64,000 nt of DNA from assembly GCA_965603825.1 (NCBI GenBank), contig CBFDEM010000062.1:823333-887332 (forward strand), in the 5' to 3' direction. The stretch comes from Blepharisma stoltei ATCC 30299. Its lineage: Eukaryota; Protista; Ciliophora. The translations under genes and the position numbers were made by a program. Below are positions 60,201 to 64,000 of this stretch, piece after piece (position 1 is the stretch's first letter; each line of letters begins with the position of its first letter). Under the pieces are notes generated by a model that saw nothing but the letters and a program-made list of their open reading frames with translations, was not told the origin of the DNA and did no database searches.

Positions 60201-60803
60201 TTTGCTTGATATAGAAAAATTCGAAAATTCTCCTATGAATAATGATTTAGTCTGATTGGGATCAGATAAATTTAATAATAAAATTTCATCCATAAAATGG
60301 AGTAATAAGGTGTTTTGGTCAAAATACTTTTTTAAGCTAATCAGATGCTTCCCTTCCTTAAAAGACAAGAATTTTATTATTTCGAGTGAAGGGATTTTAA
60401 TAGTTAGTAATTCATTTCCCCTAGAAAAGTATGCAATATTTTCACTTTCTAGAAACACTAATGGAAATGCACCAGCTGAGATTTTTTTGTCATCAAAAGT
60501 TTGAGCTGAGGGGTTCAAGTAAAGAATTGTGCCTTCTTTGGTAGATGCTAAATAATGGATTCCATCTAAAAGAGGTATTATTTCTTGGATAGTGAAAGGA
60601 AGATTAATAGAAAGAGGCAGCTTTTTCTGAAACTGAACCGAAATGTCTATAATGGCTTGCTTTAGCGATGAATACCCAAGTTCTGTCTTATTTTCTTGAT
60701 TTGCTTGAGATGGAAGCGTAACTATCTGATTTTGGAGCTTAATTAGCTTTGAATAATCTCGCTCTTCATTAAGGAGTGGCTCTAAAAGGGCTGGGCTATG
60801 CAT
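57258..60803 (-). pseudogene. WD40 + TRP-like 6-TM cation channel with one in-frame TAA (58215-58217)
   Basis: One frame of 1182 codons joined by TGA codons, except for TAT-TAA-TGA at the expected YKW motif. WD40 repeats (FSPDGKFIVTG, FKGHD, RIWD) precede channel motifs DL-W-NYID, WLRGISYFR, GDFD and LNLLIAIIGNTF, then a C-terminal coiled coil. Confidence 0.75.
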
Positions 60804-62321
60804 TTATATGGAATAAAATATCCTTAAAATTTTCTTAGCAAATTTAATTTAATAAGACAGCAAGCTTTATGATATTCACCTGCATATTCTTTGTAGATTT
60901 ATTCATTCTACTTCGAGATGATTATATTTTCTGATACCATTTTATTATTTTTGTATAATTTTGCCTATTTTATTTAAAATAATCACAATATCATTGAGGC
61001 AAGAAAAGTGCTCCTATATAAAGACTTGATTTTCAATTTTCTTAATTAATCAGAAATGATTCTGTTTTGGTGGATTGAGAATAAGTAATTGATCTTTTTA
61101 ATATATGCTATAATATTTAAAGATGGATTTAGCATATAAATTTCTGAGCATTGCTGCGAAAAAGCAAATTAAATTTTCTTCTAGGAAGTCAACTAACTTA
61201 AGGAGGTTGAATTAGTTTGCTTCCACTTCGTTAGGTCTTATTTTTGTGAAAAATTATAAGATTTTCAAACAATAAAAATATTTCACTATTATCCAAATAA
61301 TTTGTGAATGGAAAAAGAAGTATTTCTTGGATTGATGATTCCAGTTGGGGTTTACTCCATCATTTAATAATGTAATGAATTCTAGTGCCTTCGAGATGGG
61401 AATTTGAGAAAAAAACATTTTAACACCGGAGGTCACTAGTGCCGACGATGAAAGGATAATTGGTATCAGACTTCCAAAAGCTTTGGAGATGTGGAGGATG
61501 GAAGATAGCATACAAGCAGCAAGGAACTTTTAGTGGCCGATTTTGACTGATAAATGTGCAAGTCAGCATTAAATTTCCGCTACTGTTATTGCTATGAACA
61601 GATGTCGGGGTTGGGGTTGGATGATTGCTATTAGAGTCTAGGATGCTTTTAATTTTGGGATTGGAAAGCTGCCACTGGATTTTTGAAGTGATGTTGCAGT
61701 GTGTGTACTTTTTTAAGTTTTAAGAGTAAAGCAAGAGAAATTATGCATCCATAGTGGTAAAGCTAAGCTGTAAGTCATTCCTGCCTGAAATATTTTACTT
61801 TTTAATTGCGGCTCATTTCGCGCCAAAAAAAGGGAAGCACCAAGTCAAAGTGAAGGGTAACGGGAGCTATGGGAATTTTTGTGAGAAAAAGAAAGTGAAA
61901 TTTAAATAGAGAAATGTTGATCAATCAGCGATAAAATATTAGCAGAATTCGTCACGTCCCTAAGCTGTGCACTCTAAGGCTCTGAGGCAGCATCAAGACC
62001 CAGGCAAAATCTGGAGCAGAGCTAATACTTCAAAGCAAAAAGTGTTTTTATTTTAAATCTTTGGAAATTTAGAAAATAATTTTAGAAGGCTTGCAAAATT
62101 GCAACCTTTTATTAATAGTAAAAAGTTGATTTCAAAGGTAAACTGCCAGAGATTTTTGTTTGATTGAACCTGCATTTGAGAGCATATTTATGCTGATTTC
62201 AAATTATTATGCGAAACCTATCAAGGATATTTAAATAGAATCTATGAATTGGCATGAATCTAATTTTAAAATCAGCTCTATATGCATTACTATGCCAATG
62301 AACATTTAAACAAATAATACG

Positions 62322-63101
62322 ATGTATAATCAATCTACCTCTCTTTATCTCACTGAAAACATTAATAAAAAAACGAATTTGTTTATTTATGACACTGAAA
62401 GAGAAGCACAAAATGTGGAAATTTTGGATACTCCAGAGCCATTAGATGCTGACACATGCATAGCTAGACTGCCATATAACAGCTTATTCTTTTATGGCAA
62501 GCAGTTTCGACTTTCTGGCATTACATTGGTATTAGATGAGTTTAAAAGAGTTCAATTAATGCCTTCAGGAACACCTTGTTATTATTCTTCAGCTCTTTAT
62601 TTTGACAGAAGTGTCTTTTGTTTCGGAGGATCAAATGGTAACCATTTGGCTTTATCAGAGAGATTTGACTTTAATCAAAATTGCTGAATTAAATTAGCTG
62701 CCCTGCCAAAAGCTGATTTTAAATGCCACTGCATTATACTTAATGGCAACATTTTAATTGCTGGGTACATTAGCAGCTATATTTTGCGGTATTCCATTGA
62801 AGATAACGATTTTACGAGAATTAATTATAGATTTTCAGATAGTGAAGAAAGTAATAAGAGAAAGATTTTGATATATGAAGAGAGATTGTATTTAATTGAA
62901 TTTGATGGCTGGATATATGAAAGCAATCCTAGAGACGAAAATAGTTGGAGAAAAATATGTAATACAGTTACCAGAGATAATCCAAGCCGGGTCTATTGGT
63001 CATACAATAAAGGAGCAATATATATAGGATGCAGGCTTAAAAATGACTATTACAAGTTTAAATTAAGTGAAAAAGTGATGATTCAGCTTGATAAAAAATA
63101 A
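62322..63101 (+). CDS. Kelch-like beta-propeller protein, intronless paralog of 56196..56999
   Basis: ORFs join via TGA at 62685-62687. TNLFIYDTE, PSGT, VFCFGG, ERFD and KRKILI are shared with the 56 kb copy. Confidence 0.82.
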
Positions 63102-63216
63102 TATCAATTTAAATCTTATATCAATTTTATAGGGGTATATATAATTATTATAATGATGGCTTATTATAATCAAATTTTATTTAAATCTGCATTTTTTGGA
63201 GTAGTTCAATACGGTC

Positions 63217-64000
63217 GTTAGGGGTGTTAGGGTGTTAGGGTGTTAGGGTGTTTAGGGTGTTAGGGTTGTTAGGGTGTTAGGGGTGGGTGTTAGGGGGTGT
63301 TAGGGTGTTAGGGTGTTAGGGTGTTAGGGTGTTAGGGTGTTAGGGTGTTAGGGTGTTAGGGTGTTAGGGTGTTAGGGTGTTAGGGTGTTAGGGTGTTAGG
63401 GGGTGTTAGGGTGTTAGGGTGTTAGGGTGTTAGGGTGTTAGGGTGTTAGGGTGTTAGGGTGTTAGGGTGTTAGGGTGTTAGGGTGTTAGGGTGTTAGGGT
63501 GTTAGGGTGTTAGGGTGTTAGGGTGTTAGGGTGTTAGGGTGTTAGGGTGTTAGGGTGTTAGGGTGTTAGGGTGTTAGGGTGTTAGGGTGTTAGGGTGTTA
63601 GGGTGTTAGGGTGTTAGGGTGTTAGGGTGTTAGGGTGTTAGGGTGTTAGGGTTTTAGGGTGTTAGGGTGTTAGGGTGTTAGGGTGTTAGGGTGTTAGGGT
63701 GTTAGGGTGTTAGGGTGTTAGGGTGTTAGGGTGTTAGGGTGTTAGGGTGTTAGGGTGTTAGGGTGTTAGGGTGTTAGGGTGTTAGGGTGTTAGGGTGTTA
63801 GGGTGTTAGGGTGTTAGGGTGTTAGGGTGTTAGGGTGTTTAGGGTGTTAGGGTGTTAGGGTGTTAGGGTGTTAGGGTGTTAGGGTGTTAGGGTGTTAGGG
63901 TGTTAGGGTGTTAGGGTGTTAGGGTGTTAGGGTGTTAGGGTGTTAGGGTGTTAGGGTGTTAGGGTGTTAGGGTGTTAGGGAGTTAGGGTGTTAGGTGTTA
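63217..64000 (+). repeat. Telomere (TGTTAGGG)n / (CCCTAACA)n
   Basis: About 780 bp of an 8-mer repeat runs to the window end, G-rich strand 5'->3' outward. This repeat is known from Stentor and Blepharisma. Confidence 0.98.

Noticed and set aside
2199-60504. Numerous short antisense or alternate-frame ORFs in the track (e.g. 5337..5753, 6384..6851, 13282..13737, 19477..19779, 38033..38485, 41027..44954)
   Set aside because: They overlap well-supported genes on the opposite strand or another frame and show no recognisable motifs.
61254-61700. ORF 61254..61511 and flanking coding-like sequence
   Set aside because: No motif could be identified and it is interrupted by stops.
69-63101. Treating the fragmented ORFs as pseudogenes or selenoproteins
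   Set aside because: The TGA codons keep the frame and align with conserved Trp, not Cys or Sec.

Overview
This window is eukaryotic: the telomere-capped end of a heterotrich ciliate macronuclear chromosome, most likely Blepharisma (e.g. B. stoltei). Three sequence observations support this. (1) It ends in a (TGTTAGGG)n = (CCCTAACA)n telomere tract from ~63217. (2) In-frame TGA falls repeatedly at invariant Trp positions (kinase DIW, PP2C SDGVW, BEACH YPVFPW), so UGA=Trp and only TAA/TAG are stops; the supplied ORF track is therefore fragmented. (3) It has GT-AG spliceosomal introns of only 15-16 nt. Re-reading with that code joins the fragments into about 24 genes or pseudogenes. The left half is densely packed: CDPK, XMAP215/ch-TOG, a 1728-aa LRR protein, class II eIF4E, PP2C, PSMA4 and a 2540-aa BEACH protein. 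The right half is richer in paralogs and decayed copies: tandem MFS transporters, TauE, an ankyrin-RRP6-like exonuclease fusion, a giant Cys-rich surface protein with a 177-bp tandem array, a zf-PARP/F-box/XPA-like protein, a PH-kinase, MORN and Kelch-like paralogs, and a WD40-TRP-like channel. The most notable leads are the two unusual nucleic-acid-related domain fusions, two otherwise intact genes each carrying one in-frame TAA, a tandem array of CDPK-type phosphosites in XMAP215, and tiny-intron differences between paralogs. Domain calls come from motif recognition by eye; no database search was run.
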